Below are positions 45,633 through 63,200 of a stretch of DNA of 64,000 bases, piece after piece. This DNA comes from the human T2T-CHM13v2.0 reference genome, Homo sapiens. Position 1 is the stretch's first letter; every line of letters begins with the position of its first letter. Under the pieces are notes generated by a model. That model was not told where the DNA came from. It was given only the letters and a program-made list of their open reading frames with translations, and did no database searches. The DNA lies in the NCBI RefSeq assembly GCF_009914755.1, contig NC_060946.1; one strand, 5' to 3'. Position numbers and translations under genes: made by a program.

Positions 45633-45866
45633 GGCCGGGTGCAGTGATGAATGCCTGGAATCCCAGCACTTTGGGAGGCCAAGGCAGGCAGATCCCCTGA
45701 GGTCAGGAGTTCGAAACCAGCCTGGCCAATATGGTGAAACCCTGTCTCTACTAAAAATACAAAAAAATTAGCTGGGCATGGTAGTATATGCCTATAATCC
45801 CAGCTACTTGGGAGGCTGAGGCAAGAGAATTGCTTGAACCCGGCAGGCAGAGGTTGCAGTCAGCTG
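45633..45866 (+). mobile_element. Alu, 3'-truncated
   Basis: Alu consensus ends after gaggttgcagtcagc; no tail. Confidence 0.88.
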
Positions 45867-47804
45867 GCACTCGGTAGGTGTAAGCTCCAATTAGCCGTCA
45901 TTGTCACCAACACCCTGAGCACAGTAGCTGGCTGAGTGTGTGCTGCCCACATGGAGGAAGGCCTGAGCTGGCTGTACACTCACAAGGGAGGCTGGGGCAG
46001 CGCTGGAGCTCCCGAGGGCACCGATCCATGGGCCAGAACTCAGGGGCTGACATAGCCTGCTTGCCCCATGTCCAGGGTGTTCCTCCTGGACTCAGCCTCT
46101 TCATACATCCACCAGGTGCTCCACCTTCTGTGGGGACATTCTGGGCCAGTGGTCCAGAGAGCAGGCTTGGAATGCAGACACTCCTGGTGAACGACGTGGG
46201 CAGGTTTAACCTTTCATTGTCTTGATGTCCTCATCTGTAAAACGGGGATGATATCAATGTGTCTGTGTCATGGGAGCTCAGTACAGTGCCTGGCCCTGGG
46301 CAAGGATTGCTAACTGTCACTAACTAGCAATCAAGGCTATTTTTTTTTATTTATAAGCATTTATTTATTTAGCAAATACTTACCGCTTGCCTGTTCTGAC
46401 AATGTAAGACATGCCCCTGCCCTCCCGGGGCCCACTGTCTGGTGGAGAAGGCAGTCATGTGAGCCGATCATCACAACACTTCAGACTCGTGCCCAGGAGG
46501 GACACAGGGCTCAAAGGGACCCAGTGTGACTTTCATGGGCCCCCTCCTCCAGAAAAAGTATTAAGTATTGTGTTTTGCAACTATGTCAGTATCCACAAGC
46601 CGGCTAGGTTATATCCATTTTTTTCCCTTCTGATTAAACAAATAATTAAAACATTTATGTCGGCCCCTGAAAATTCATGGCCCTGGCCCTGGGCCTGCTG
46701 TGCCTAGTGGAGAGTTGGTCTGGCCCTGACTCTCGTAACCAGACTTGGGGAGTCAGAGAAGCTGCTGGAGAAAGAGACCTCTGGAGAAAGAAAGGGCAAG
46801 AGGAGTAGCCGGGGACAGAGGGGACAAGAGTACCAGGCAGAGGGGATAGCAGCGAGAGCGCTCAGCTCACTGGTGGGGAAGCTGCCAGATGAACCAGGCC
46901 CCCTGCGTGGAGACAGCTGGCAGAGCCGCCTCTGGCCATCCAGCCCTGTCACTGCAACCTCCAGCTCTGTCCCTTGGGCTAGCTGGAACGCCATAGCACA
47001 ACCCGAGTGCCCCCGACCCCAGTAAAAACTCCCCGGTCTACCCACCTCTCCCTCCTGCAGGGCTGCAGCCCCCAACCCCTGCTCTGGTCTTGGCTTTTTT
47101 GTCTGTAGAGCAGGGGGAGTAATTGTCCTGCTCCCTTCCCTGCCAGGTGTCTGTGGAGGCAGAGGAGGTGGGAGGACCCTCTAGGCCTTCAGTTCTCACA
47201 GCAGTGTTGCTGTGGGTGTGGCCTGTGTGCTTCCCATGCAGGGACACTCAGCACCCAGCTGTCAGCACTGCAGCCTGTACGCAGTGAGTCACTGAGGGTG
47301 GTCCCCAGGGAAGCCGGAGGGCTGGTGGGCCTTGGTTATGGCTGAGGGCATTTGAACCTGGGACCCCAGTTCATTCAGTCCTCCTTTGTGCCCACTGCCC
47401 CTCCCCCAGTGCCTCTGTTTCCCTGGGGACGGTGCTTCCCGACAGCCAGAGGGATCCAGGTGTAGGGAGTCTGGGTGGGTGGCCTTGATGGCACATAGCT
47501 GCATGTGGGCAGCTGCCCAGCTCAGCTTGACTCGGCTCTGCAGTCAAGCACGTCGGGCGGCACCTCCCAGGGCCCTGTCCATGCACCTGTGCGTCATATG
47601 CACGACGGCCTGCGGCTGCCAGCCCGGGGCCTCAGGGGCTTGAGACGCAGGAAGTGGCTCTGCGGTAGGGCATAGTGGCCAGGAGCTGTGGGCTGGAGAG
47701 GGCACCTTGTTGATGCTGAAGGGAGGGACGGTGGGGCAGGATCAACTGAGCCATGGACCAGGGCTGTCCCCTCCCCTCCATGTCCAGGAGAGGCTCACCT
47801 CCAG

Positions 47805-48486
47805 GTGGGTGTGAGAAGGTGAGAGTGTGTGTGAGTGTGAGTGTATGTATGAGAGTGTGTGAATGTGTGTGTGTATGAGTGTGAGTGTGTGTGGGGAGTG
47901 TGTGTGAATGTGTGTGCGAGTGTGTGAATATGTATGAGTGTGTGTGGGGTAGTGTGTGGGAGTGAGAGTGAATGTATGTGTGCATGTATGTGTGCGAGTG
48001 TGTGTGAATGTGTGAGAATTGTGTGAATGTGTGAGAATTATGTGTGTGAATGTGTGTGCATGTTTGTGTGACTGTGTGCAAGTGTGTGTGTATGAGTGTG
48101 AGTGTGTGTGGGGAGTGTGTGGGGAGTGTGTGTGGGGAGTGTGTGTGAATGTGTGTGTGCGAGTGTGTGACTGTGAATGTGTGAGTGTGCGTGTGTGAAT
48201 GTGTGAGAATTATGTGTGTGAATGTGTGCATGTTTGTGTGACTGTGTGCAAGTGTGTGTGTATGAGTGAGTGTGTGTGGGGAGTGTGTGTGGGGAGTGTG
48301 TGAATGTGTGTGTGCGAGTGTGTGACTGTGAATGTGTGAGTGTGCGTGTGTGAATGTGTGAGAATTATGTGTGTGAATGTGTGTGCATGTTTGTGTGAAT
48401 GTGTGAATGTGTATGTGTGTGAATATGTGTGTAAATGTGTGTGCATGTTTGTGTGAATGTGTGTGCAAGTGTGTGTGTGTGTGTGA
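47805..48486. repeat. Complex TG-rich repeat with a higher-order unit of about 155-172 bp
   Basis: Interrupted (TG)n; landmark agaattatgtgtgtgaatgtgtg recurs at 48034, 48206 and 48361. Confidence 0.9.
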
Positions 48487-49263
48487 ACTGATGCCTGCTC
48501 TGGCGACCTCTCCTCTGTTCCCTGGACTGGCTTCCCGAGCTTGGGCCACACGGGCTCTGAGGGTCCCCTGGGTCATGGTCTTCCCTCTCTTCTTTGAGTC
48601 TGGGGTGCTCGGAGCTCCCCTGTTTTCGCCTCCTTTTCTGTGCCCAGGTTCTTTTCTCGGTGACCCCATCCTCCTCTGTTTGATTCTCAACGGCTTGGCT
48701 CTTAGGGCCAAGGTGGCTGCGGTGATTTGTAATTCAGGCAATTTCTTAATCTTCTTCTGGCCTCTCCCCAGGCCAGCCCCCACCCCTCCTCAGCTCCCTC
48801 AGCGCCAGGTTCCTGCCCCCACCCCATGCCCACCCAAGTCCTGCCCAGGACATGCTTTTTGGATCCTGTGCCCCCCTCTCCCTCCCACAGGCTCAAACCG
48901 TTCCCCCTGGGACCCCCTTGGCACAGCCCCGCCTCCTCCTCCAAGACAGACGGGCCTTCTGCCCCCATGGGGCCTCTTGCTACGCTGTCCTCTTCTCCAG
49001 TGAGCTTCAATCCCTGAACTTGACTCTGGATGGTTTCTGCAGCTTCCTGGCTGCCCCCTCCCCTCCTCTCCGCTCCAGCCTCCACAAAGCTGCCAGGCGG
49101 ATGTTCCTGAAGCAGGGGCTGGACCCGGCCACCTGCCTGCAGCCGATCATCCGTGCATGGCTCATCAGCCCCACGGCCAAGTCCATGGCCTGGAGGCCCC
49201 CGTGACACGGCCTCTATCTGCCCCTCTGCCTCATGGCCTCCCCTCCCCTCCTTCCCCGCTAAC

Positions 49264-50955
<1,692 letters not shown>

Positions 50956-51326
50956 GGAAACACCCCCTGCTTTTTAGTCCTTGGGGTGGACGATGCTGTC
51001 CCAACCCTCAGGAAGGACGCTGGGTATCGGGGCCACAGGGATCTCTAACTGAAGCCACCCTGGCCTCAGCCTCAGTGACCCTCTGCCCTGGTGAGAACTA
51101 GAAGGGGACTGTCCCTGCAGCAGGATGGCCACCCCGACCCCACCAGCCATGCCTCAGGTGTGGGAGTGGAACCTCGTCCACAGAAGCTGCCCCTTATGCG
51201 TTACAGGACCTCATCAGCCACCCACCTCTCAGAGGACAAGAGTGTTTGTGGGGTTACTACGAAGGTTAAATGAAATTATTTTTATTTCAAATGATTTTTA
51301 AAAAATCATTTAAAATATTATGACTT

Positions 51327-51663
<337 letters not shown>

Positions 51664-53066
51664 TCAATGAATAATCTGTGCCGCACATTTTAGCATCAAG
51701 AAGGGGTGGGGCTGAGTATCCCTGGGCCCTCCCCAGGCCTAAGACTCTGAGTCTGTGTCTAAAGTCCTGGGAACCTCACTTGTGGTGGTTCATAGACATC
51801 ACCAGGTCATGGACGGTGACAGAGGACAGAACACCCCAGGGGAGGCTCTCACCTGCTCTCTCAGCGCTCAGGAGAGACGAAGAGGGGTTTCTGTTCACCT
51901 CCAGACACAGGTGCACACACACCCCACACAGACACATACAGAGATACACAAAGACATAGACACACATACATTAGAGACACACAGACACACTTGGATACAT
52001 CGAAACACACACACACACAGACTCCTGAGGAGCTCTGCTAGGCCTTGGGACCTTGAAGGTTCCTGGAGAAAAGGTAGGAAAGGGGCTCCCCCAGGCCACT
52101 TGGGGTAACAGTGGGGGGCTCACCATGTAGCCCTTGCAGCCACTGTCACCCTGGAAGTGCTCAGATTGGGAAAGGCTCTGTCAACCTGGGGAAGGGGCCA
52201 CAGGGGACTCCAGTGGGGCTCAGTGGGGCTCAGGGGCCACCCAATGAGCTGGGAGTCAGTAGCCCCTGCTCTCATCCAGTGCTCTAGGACAGGCTACAGG
52301 TAGGTGGGCTGGTTGCTTGCCAGCCATTCTGACCAACTACTCAAAGCCCAAACCTCTCTGAGCCTCACTGGCCCACAGGTAGAATGAGGAGGTGGCCAGA
52401 CAGCAGTTTGCCAGAATGTTCCCTAAGATCTGAGGACAGGATCCCTGCCGACTCCCCCTACTTCGACTAGAGCTGTTCTGCTCTGGTTGACACACTGGGG
52501 TTCCCTGGGCAAATTGATTTGAAAAAAGGGATTCTGCTGCCACAGAAAAAACAACAACAAAAAAAAGACAACTGGCCTGGCCAGCTGCCCTGTGACTCAC
52601 CCTGGCTTGGCGCCTGCCACCTGTATCCAGGATGAGGATGAGCAGCGGGAATCCTTCCGACCCAGGCACAGCAGGCGAGTCTGTCTCCCCCTAGGGGCAG
52701 CTGGGAGAGTCATGGGCATAGCTTGGCTGAGGAGCTCCGGTGGACCCGGGCCCACCCCAGTCTTGGGGCAGTGGTTGGCCAGGCTGGGCCCAGGGAAGGG
52801 GGATTGATGTCTCATAGGCTCGGGTCTCGTGGAAAGGCCGAAGGGCTGTCAGCAGACATGGCCCCATGTGCACCCTGAACTCAGGGAAGGATGTTGGCTC
52901 AGTCCATATTCCTCTCTGGGCCTCTGTTCTCCAAGAGAAGGGCATGGCCATTGACTGCTTTCATTATCTTGTGCCAGGCATGGGGTTCCCAGTGAGTGAG
53001 ACCCCGCAGGGCTGTCCTCTGGTGCAGAGAAGAGGGATTTGTGGGGTCACACCAGGACTCACATAA

Positions 53067-53393
<327 letters not shown>

Positions 53394-54659
53394 TAGCTGC
53401 ATGGCCCATTCCCTCCCTGGCCCTCTGCTCCGGAGTCCCACTGACGTCAGGATACCCTGGCAGAGGGCAGGGGCACTCATGCTAGGCCAGGGATGGCCAC
53501 TGCTGGTCCTGGGTGGAGGGGCCACCGCGGCACGCCTTCCACAGCCCCAGGGACACCTTCCAGACAGACCATGGGCGCAGCTTCACCTCCCGGGGCTTTC
53601 GCTCCTTTACCTGCTAAAAGTGGGGTAGTGACGTCTGCCTTGAGGGGCTGTGGATAGGCCACAGTGAGAACATGGCTCAGGGCTGTGCACATGCCCACCT
53701 CCCTTCCTCCCCTGGCTTCCTTCCCCAAACAGCCCACAGGCAGGCCATTCTACAGTTGGGGGAAATGGGCCTGGATCCCTCAAGAACACGAGGCTTTGAG
53801 CCTGCTCTGGACTTACTTGTCTGCTTGGCCACATTAGCTGTATGATCCTGGCAGCGCACCTGGCCGCTGTTTCCCCGCCCTGCCTCCTCAGGTGCACCCA
53901 CAGCTGTACGCGGTTCTAGAGGGACGCTCCTGGGAGGGGGTTGTTTTTTGAGGAGGAGGGGGCGGTACGGAGCAGGCCAGGGTCCCTTTTCAGGGTGACT
54001 GTAGGCTTGCAGGGTGGGGTGGACTCTGTTCTATAGGTGACACTCCCAGCCACAAAAAGGATGCCAAGAGGGGCTGGCCCTGCCTGCATTTTCCCTAAAC
54101 GCAGATGCTGGGGCCTGTGCATCCTACAGCGGGTAGGGAGCCCCCTTCCCCTGCAGGGAGCTCAGAACTGCCCCACTTTAGGCAAACCTAAGTGAAGAAT
54201 CCGAAGATGCTGTGGAGAGAATGTTGGAGTGTTCCCCAGAGCTTCCCCATCCAATTCCATTATCTTATCCCCTGGGGGAAGAGGATGAACCAGTCACTCC
54301 CACGAGCTCCCAGAGAGGCACCCAGCATGGACAGCAGCACTGGGGCAATGAGATTTGGGCACCCAGGTGGGAGCTCTTGGAATAACCTTCTGAAAGGAGG
54401 GGCCTCGGAGTGTGGAGGCAAGAGCAGTGGGAGGAAGAGGTGGGTGATGATTGCCAATGGGACCACCAGGTCCCAGGTGTCTCCCTGGACAGGACCTGAG
54501 CACCTTCCCCTCTGCCCTCAGGGGCCCTGTGAGACCGGCAATACTGAGCGGCAACATGGGGTGAGCTCGGAGTGGGAAGAGGAGGAGCTGAAGCCCGCAG
54601 GCCTGCAGGTGCAGCGAGGTGCGGACCTGCCTGCTCTGAGGTGGCTGCTCTAGGACCTA

Positions 54660-55095
<436 letters not shown>

Positions 55096-57312
55096 AAATA
55101 TTTGTGACTGAAGAGCAGAAGGAAGTCAGGCCTGACTCAAAGCCACCACACCTTTTCTCACTTGGGCCCAATGAGTGTGAAGAGGCTGAGCCTCAGAGAA
55201 GGGTGAGGTGAGCCCCCCAGCACCCTCCCAGCAGGCCCCCTCAACTGCAGTCCTCCCAGTGTCTCCCCCAAGTCCTCCCAGGGCTTGGCCAGCCCTCCCA
55301 GTGTCCTCCCAGCGCCCCGTTGATGAGCCACGTTATGCCCACATGTGGCCATGAGAGGTCGCCCTGCGCCGCCGGCTGCAGCGAGACTGCGTGGTGGAGG
55401 AAGGAGCTCATCTTGGAGAAATAGCAGGATGCGGCCAGGGCAGGATTGGAGGATTGTATTATCCAGAGGGGCAGGGGTGCAGGGATTCCCAACGTTCTGC
55501 TGAACAGTGCACCGTAAAGGGGTCCCTTGGGGCATAGACAAGAGATGGGCCCAGGGAGGGGGCGGCTGGCCCCAGAGACACACAGCAAGCCCATGGCAGA
55601 GCCAGAGGGTCCCCCGACCCAGGCCCTCACCTCCTGGGCTTGAAGAGGGCCTGCCTGTGTTTGGGGCATGTCACAGTCAGCCTCAGTTGGGTACCCAAGA
55701 CTTCTGGACTGCAAGGTGGAGATGAGGTCAGAGAGGACAGGGCTGGGGACAGGGAGCGTGGGCTGGGGGCTGAGGGGGGAATTGGCTGACCCGAGGCCAC
55801 AGTATCCTCCCTCACTGGAGGTCCTGCAGGTCATGCTGGTCACCCCTGTTGATGTGGAAGTGGAGCTGGGTGGGGCCTGGCTTGGTGGCTCTGCCAACTT
55901 GGTTTGGACCTCACTGATCCTGGGTCCCCAGACTTGAGGATTAGAGCTGGGCCCTGCTGAGAGGTGGTGGGACCAGGCCATGCTGGGCCTCGCAGGTCAG
56001 GTTGAAGCATTGGGTTTTGTCCAGGGAAGTGGATAAACTGTTGGCTGGGAGGTTAGGCCACGCTAACCAGCATGGTCCCTCTGGTTATCATCAGGCAAGA
56101 AGTAAGTGGGAGCTGACTTAGGAGGCTGCTGCTCTCCGTGCCTATAGCATAGCTTGAGGCCCAGCTCCATCCCTTACTGGCAGAGCAGGTTACCGGCCCT
56201 CAGACCTGGAAGAAGGGGCCTGTGTTCCTCAGGCCTGGCCCTGTGGCATCCCTCTCCTGCAGGAGGCCCTTCGTGGCTCCCCACTGTGGGCCCAATAACA
56301 CATGTGTCTCGCCCAGCCCTGTCTTCAGCGCTATGCACTCGTCACTCATAGCTCGTTGGCTGCAGTGCCCTGACCGCTCCTCATCTCCCTGGGGCCTACT
56401 GAAATCTCTTCCAGCCCCAACTCAAATGTCCCTTCCTCTGAGAAGCCCTCCCGGCCAGCCCTGGGCATCGAGGCCTCCACTCCTCTGGGCTCCCTGGCAC
56501 TTCCGGCCCCTGGGAACTCAGTGGTCATGTTGGCCGAGTCTGCAGTCAAGGCCCCTGCGGGAAGAGAGCTGCTGCTGGTGGCAGGGATGGGCCGTATCTG
56601 GCCATTCCAGGGTCCAGCGGCAAATACAGCATTCAACAAAATGGATGGAGAGGAAGGGAAAAGAAGGGAGCCCGGGACAGAGAAACCGGCTGAGACCCTG
56701 TCCTGGAGCCCCTGAGCGTCTGAGCTGTACAGGCCTCACGCAGCCCCCTTGCTTCTCACTGCACTGGGGGCCGGAGGGGCTTGGCTCCAGCCCGGGTACC
56801 CAGCACTCTCCTGGGGTCCGGCCTGCTGGAGCCTTATTGAGGAGAAGACAGGGCTGGGCTCCAGAATACTCATTACAGGATGTGTGCCCACCCTGGACAA
56901 ACCTCTGAAGACGCCAGCCCATCACCAACGTGCTACTGCCTTCTTCAGCTCCACAGGGTCCCTGTGCTGGGGCAAGGACCAGCTAGCCCCATCAGAGATG
57001 CCCCTCCCCCTGAATCCTTGAGGGCCTCCTTTCACAGTGGCATTTCTGATGTCCGGTGGGTCGCCTTTCCCTGTTCAGCACCCTGTCTCCATCCTGGCGC
57101 GTGCTCCCTGCCCCCAGCCCACCCTCCGGGAGGGAGCTGCACCTGCCATGTGGGTGCTGTTGCCTCCTTCCAAGCCACCCATTTCCGTGCCTTGCCTCAG
57201 CCAGTGAAGCCCACACAGGTCTGACCCCTGCCTGTCTCTCCAGAGGCATCTCTTACAGCCCCTCACCCACGTGGCCCCCTTGCCCTGGCTGCACCAAATG
57301 GCCTTGTTTTCT

Positions 57313-57611
<299 letters not shown>

Positions 57612-58380
57612 AATGGCCTTGTTTTCTAAAAATGTCACGCTTCTTTGTTTTCAGCACTGTGCACACACTCCTGGCTCCTCCTCAATCCCATCCTCTTGTA
57701 TTGACCTTCAGCTCCTTCCTAGAGATCCAGTTCAAATGTCCTTCCTCTGGTCTCTGCCCCTGTCCTGGGCACTCTCAGTACCCAGAATGGCACTCTGCAT
57801 ACAGAGCTGTTCCTGTTGTCTCCTGCGTCTGCCTAAATGCAAGGTTCTCAAGTGTGGCAACCATGTCACACTGTTCTGTGTTACTGGCCCCAGCAGAGGC
57901 CAGCACAAAGAATGGGCTGAAAAGTTTGGTGAATCAATAAGTGGATGACAAGGGCATTTACTTAATAAACAATGATTGAGCACCTGCTGGGTACACAAGC
58001 CCATACCGAGCCTCGTAGTGGGTACTGTAACACGAAGCCCCTCAGCTGGGGCAAATGCCTGGAGAGCAGTCAAAGCAGGGAGGTTCTGCTCACCGCCCTG
58101 CCCCAGGGTAAACAGGAAAAGCTCCAGAGAAGCTTTGCAGGGCGCTCCTGCTGGAAGCACCCTCCGGAACATCTGCCCGGTGCCCCCTCGGCTCTGCCAG
58201 TTCCTTCAGGAGGCCCCTTTAGAGTCTGTGTACCCTGGGAACCAGAGTGAGTGTGTGTTTCCTCTGCATAGGGCCCAGCACCTCATAGGAGCCCCTGAAT
58301 ATTTGCTGAATGATGGCTGGAAAGACCACCAGGACAGCAGGCTGGTCCCCAGTTGCAGGCGAGACTGAAAGCTGTTGTCA

Positions 58381-58933
58381 TGTCAGAGGCTTGTGAACCA
58401 GAGCAACTCCATCTTGAATAGGAGCTGGGTAAAATACGAGGCTGAGACCTACTGGGCTGCATTCTCAGGTGGTTAAGGCATTCTAAGTCACAGGATGAGA
58501 TAGGAGGTCGCCACAAAATACAGGTCATAAAGACCTTGCTGATAAAACAGTTTGCAGTAAAGAAGCCGGCCAAACCCCACCAAAATCAAGATGGTGACAA
58601 GAGTGACCTCTGATCGTCCTCACTGCTACACTCCCCTCAGCGCCATGACAGTTTACAAATGCCATGGCAACGTCAGGAAGTTACCCTATATGGTCTATAA
58701 AGGGGAGGCATGAATAATCCACCCCTCATTTGGTATATCATAAGAAATAACCATAGAAATGGGCAGCCAGCCGCCCTCAGGGCTGCTCTGTCTATGGAGT
58801 AGCCATGCTTTATTCCTTTACTTTCCTAGTAAACTTGCTTTCACTTTACTCTATGGACTCACCCTGAATTCATTCTTGCACGAGATCCAAGAACTCCCTC
58901 TTGGGGTCTGGATCCAGATCCCTTTCCTGTACA
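58381..58933 (+). mobile_element. MER41 solo LTR (ERV1), MER41A-type
   Basis: TG...CA termini, 553 bp, 4-bp TSD GTCA; start tgtcagaggc..tgaaccagagcaactccatcttgaatagg is characteristic of MER41. Confidence 0.85.
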
Positions 58934-59359
58934 GTCACAGGCCTAACATGAGACCCAGAGCCAAACTGGCCTCTTACTTGCTGCTTACCACCCTCTGGCA
59001 GCCGCTGCTGATGACAGAAGCGTTATGACCCCCTCTGCGGCTGCTTCCCCAGAACCTCATCCTCCCAGTGACCCTCTGGGCTCAGCTAGCAAGGACTTCT
59101 TCCCATTTTACCCACAAGGAGAATGGGGCTCAGGAGACGAAGGGAGTCACTCAAGGCCACACGGCTGGCATGGGGTGGGGCCGGCGTTGGAACTCAGGTC
59201 TCACTGCAAAGCCCAAGCTCTCTCCCCGCTGTGCTGCCCTTGAACAGCACCTTCCCTTCCACGCATGGGTTCCACTTGTGTTGGATTTTCATCTTTTCTT
59301 AGGATCCAGGTCTAAGTGGAGTGACTGTGAGTCCCAAACGGACCCGAGGCCTTTCATAA

Positions 59360-59770
<411 letters not shown>

Positions 59771-59785
59771 CTGGAGAAGTCTTTT

Positions 59786-60230
59786 CCATCCATCCACTCA
59801 TCCACCTATCCACCCACCCATCCACTCATCTACCCATCCACCCACCCACACACCCACCCACCCATCCATTCATCCATTCATTCACCCATCTATTCATCCA
59901 CCCACTCACCTATCCATCCACCCATCCACCTATCCACCTATCCACCCACCTATTCATCCATCCATCCATCCATCCATGGACCCATCCATCCATCCACCCA
60001 TCCATCCATCCACCCATTCATCCACCCACCTGTTCTTTCATTCACTCACTTGCTAGTCACAATGCATTTTCGATTCATATCAGCCCGACCCAGTCATTGC
60101 TGATGCACCTCCTAGAGAAATCTATTCCATCCATCCACCCATCCACCCATCCATTCATCTATCTGTCCATCCGCCCATCTACCCACCCACGCATCCATCC
60201 ACTCATCCATTCCTATTTTCATTCACTCAC
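59786..60230. repeat. Degenerate (CCAT/CCAC)n tetranucleotide arrays (two blocks)
   Basis: Visible at about 59786-60030 and 60127-60212. Confidence 0.9.
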
Positions 60231-63200
60231 TTGCTAGTCACAATGCATTTTCAATTTATATCAGGCCCTGGGCTAGGCATTGGGGATGCACAGAGAGATA
60301 AGACAGCCCCAGCCATCGAGTAAATAAAGCATAGCAGGTATAGACACCATGACAGAAGATGTGGCACCGTGGGGACGCAAAGTGCCTATGTGTCATGGGG
60401 TGCAGCGGGGAAGGGGTTCTGGAGGAGCTGGTATCACTCTGAGCTGCTGATGTGCAGTGGAGACCTGAGGCCAGCTCCCATCCTGGCATGTCACATGTTC
60501 TCTATGACGCCATCTCCCTACTGTTAGGGGAGGGAGGAGTCGCATGGAAACTTCCAGGCTGCTTCATTGGCCATTTTGAGACTGGAAGGACAAACGCAGT
60601 GTGGACCCTGCTGGGTCAACAGCCAAGTCCTCCCACATAATTGCCATTGGGATTGTCTTTCTGGGTTCTGGTCCCAGCCACCTGGGGCCCTTGGTCACTG
60701 GACCAGGTGCATGTGTGTGTGTGGCCGCCCTGCCTCTCCTGCTTTGGCTCTGCAGGGGCCCAGTGCCTACAGGGGCTTAGAGATGATAACCTACCTACCT
60801 GGCACACCCCAGCCTTCCAGACTCCCAAGCCTCGCACCCAGAGTGGAGGCCCAAGGAAGGGATGGCCCCCCACAGCACCTGACCCAAATCTTTGATCAGC
60901 CCTTCCAACTTTAAAGCACACTCACATTCAGGGCCACTGTCTCCTGGGAGCCCTACAGTAACTTTGGGAAGCAGGCATAGCCGGAGCTGCGAGTCCTGTC
61001 TTGCAGGTGATGAAACTGAGATCTGAGAAGCGAAGTGGCTTGTTCAAGCTGGCAGGCAACCCTGGAGAGGGTTCAGAACTGTCACAGGCCTGCGGGGAAC
61101 CCTGGCTCTGCCACTTAGGTTGTGGGTCTTCTCATCTGCATGAGGGGGACACTGAGGGCATCTCCTCACAGAATGGACGTACACATTAGGGAAGATGGGG
61201 TTGGTGAAATGCTTGGTGCTGTGCCTAGCACGTCTGAGGAATCTAATAGTTTGGGAATATTATTCAAAATGATTCGAGTCTTCTGCCTTCTAGGGGTGCT
61301 CTCCTTCCACCCCCACGGCCTTTCTAAGGATTGGAGATAGCAGCTGGCAGTGGGAGGTGGTTGTTTTAAATATGAGATGAGGAGAACGAAAGGAAATTAG
61401 GACAGGGTGGTGGCTTTTGTGGCTGCACTCTGACAACCCCCTCCCAAACCTGGACACAATCAGATGCTGCCTGCTTCTGCGCTTAAGGAGCTGAGCCTCT
61501 GCTGCACAGTTCTCACTCCTGCTGTGGGGCGTGGGTGGGGGACACTGGTTTGAGGGGGGCCCCCATAGCCCAAGGGCACACCCCCTTGCCTACCTGTAGG
61601 GTCTGTCCTCTGGAGAAGCAGGAAGTAGGTTAAACAAGATGCTGGAGTTTCTCTGCACCTCTTCCAAGGCAACATGAAATATTCACCAGATTTCTCCAAA
61701 GGCCCCGCAGAGAGCTTCAAAGGTGGCTGTCCCCGCGGCAGCACGCTCCCTTCCACAGGCGACACAAGGCCTCGTGACCAAGCCCTCACCCTCCACCTTC
61801 TCACACTGACTGCCTCGGCACCTCTTGCTCCCCACTCTTGGGAGGCCTGTGGTTCTGGAGTCCCAGCAAGGGGACCTATGGTTCACTCTCTCTGATCTGG
61901 CGGGGCACTCACTGCTCTCCCAGGCAGAGGGACAGGCCCTGGGGTTGGGGCCTGTGACTCCCTTCAGACATGTCCAGACAAGGTTTCCGATTTTTGCCCC
62001 ACACTGACTCTGGCTGGGCCCAGCAGAGCGGACTGGGGTGTTAGTGGGGGGAGGCCCTCCTCCCCATACTGCAGATGGCAGCGAAGAGGCGGGGTTGGTG
62101 GCAGGCCTGTGGTCACTGCCTCCACTATAAATGCTGCAACTGCCGTGGAGGGTGCAGGGGAGGCCTGGCGATGGTGAGGGAAGCAGCTAGGAGATGGACG
62201 GCCCAAGGCGTGGCCAGGCCGCGGGGAGCCCAGCTGTCTGTGGGGGACGGGGCAGGAGGGAAGTGGACGGAAGGTCTGAGAATGCAGCGTGTGTGGAAGA
62301 GCAGGGACTATCCAGGCAGGCAGCCCAGGTTCAAGTCCCGGCTACAGCTGCTCCCTAGCTGGACCCTGGGTCAGACACTCCATCCTCCAAACCTGGGTTT
62401 CTCCATTTGTAAATAGCAACAGCAACCCCTAATTTGGAGGTCTGTTGAGAGTTACACATCAGGGTAAGCCCAGTGCCTGCCAAGTGGGGGAAGCCTCCTT
62501 CCTCCTGAGCCCCAGCAAACCCTTTCACCTTCAGCCCGTCCTCTCTCCCCACCCCCATATCCTCTCCCATCCACGGCCACTGCCCGGCTTCCCTGAACCC
62601 ATTGTGAGCTTCCTGGAGCTCCCACTCTGCACGGGCGGCTGGTCCCTCAAACAATGGTGACTTCCCCCTCCCCTCCCCCATCTCACCCCTTCCTGGGAAA
62701 ATGCCAAGGCCCAGTTCAATGCCACCTCCTCTGTGAAGTCCTCCCCAGCCCCCTAGTGAGAGTCACTCTCTTCTCTGAACTCCAGATTCCCTGAACCCCG
62801 TCTTCTCTCTTCTGGCAAATGAACCTGTCTTGCTTTTCTGTTCCTGGGTCTGGCCCTCAGTAGCCTGTATGCTGGGTGGCAAGGACGGTGCCTTCTCCGT
62901 GGTCACGGACCTCTCCTTTCATCCCATCATCAAATGCTTATTGAATGTTACGGGCAGCAAGGGCCCTGGAAGGCCAGGTGTCCACGTCTGGCATGGGTCT
63001 TGGGGAGTGGAAGTAAAGCCACCGGGGCCAAGGAAACCCCTGGGAAACACACCTGCCATGGTTCCGTCACCTGACCTGGCCCAACGGTGACCACACCATT
63101 GTCTGGGAGCAGGAAGGGGAGACTGTGAATGACCCATTTCTGGGAAGGCAAGTGAGGAGGGTTCTGCTGCAGTGACAGGAGTGACTAGGGTAGAAGGTTT

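Noticed and set aside
47632-48783. 383-aa His/Thr-rich ORF on the - strand
   Set aside because: It is the translation of the (CA)n-rich repeat, which lacks stops by composition; no domain or splice support.
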